From Eledone cirrhosa (taxonomy: Eukaryota): a DNA stretch of 64,000 bases. The notes under the pieces were generated by a model, which saw only the letters and a program-made list of their open reading frames with translations, was not told the DNA's origin and ran no database searches. The DNA lies in contig OZ024740.1 of NCBI GenBank assembly GCA_964016885.1, forward strand, positions 294,252,001 to 294,316,000, read 5' to 3'. The position numbers were made by a program, and so were the translations under genes. How positions within the stretch are numbered: the first letter of the stretch is position 1; each line of letters starts with the position of its first letter. Positions 63,602-64,000 of the stretch are shown in pieces.

Positions 63602-64000
63602 TTATCCTTCACCTAGAAAAAGGCAAAGAAAAACGATCTTATAACTTGTTATTGGTGTGAATGGTGAGAGGTTGGACTGGAGGAAAATACTGAATGATTT
63701 CAACAGAACTTATATCATAAGAAATACATAGAACAAATGATGAAATATATTTTTTAAAAAAACAAAAGGATATTTTTGTTTGCTTTTCAATGACAGCTAT
63801 ATTTATAAGCAGCTGCCAAAACAACAACAAAAATAACTACAAAAAAGTAATTGCATAATAACAATGTATTTATGTATCTGGGAGGGAAAACATTTTAAAG
63901 AAAAAGAATGACGATGATGTTACTCCTGTAAATAACTGCTTACATCTTCTAATCTGAGCCAAAGAGAGCAGTTCTACGTAGTCGTTCAACCTTCTAGAAA
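63602..64000 (-). CDS. Possible last two exons of an unidentified host gene (63944-64000 and 63602-63612)
   Basis: GTAAGC donor at 63943 and strong acceptor tttttctttgcctttttctag at 63613. The spliced frame reads SRRLNDYVELLSLAQIRRCEG*. AATAAA lies near 63444-63449. Confidence 0.4.

Noticed and set aside
63597-63612. 16-nt microexon with a GTAAGA donor on the minus strand
   Set aside because: In the only open upstream frame it contains a stop codon; a terminal exon is the simpler reading.

Overview
This is an AT-rich animal (eukaryotic) window that is almost entirely nested, mostly decayed transposable elements embedded in (TA)n/(CA)n microsatellites. The SINE and RTE repertoire looks like an octopod cephalopod; that is my inference from family resemblance, not a database result. 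Recognisable contents: three RTE-clade LINE families carrying a PHD-like finger (about 14 copies), Tx1/L1-like LINEs, CRE-like RLE fragments, a Naiad-like Penelope element (RT plus GIY-YIG) interrupted by a non-autonomous LTR element, a Gypsy 3' half, two mariner remnants, an internally deleted Helitron, two tRNA-SINE lineages and minisatellites. Possible host terminal exons lie only at the two window edges (low confidence). The most notable signal is a set of small non-coding elements inserted in TA tracts. Several carry foldable type I hammerhead ribozymes with a shared U-U-closed stem II. One is a circularly permuted, retrozyme-like 466-bp unit. Many form head-to-head foldback palindromes, including a perfect 180-bp-arm palindrome of a tRNA-like gene. 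Coordinates were read by eye, and decayed element boundaries are approximate.
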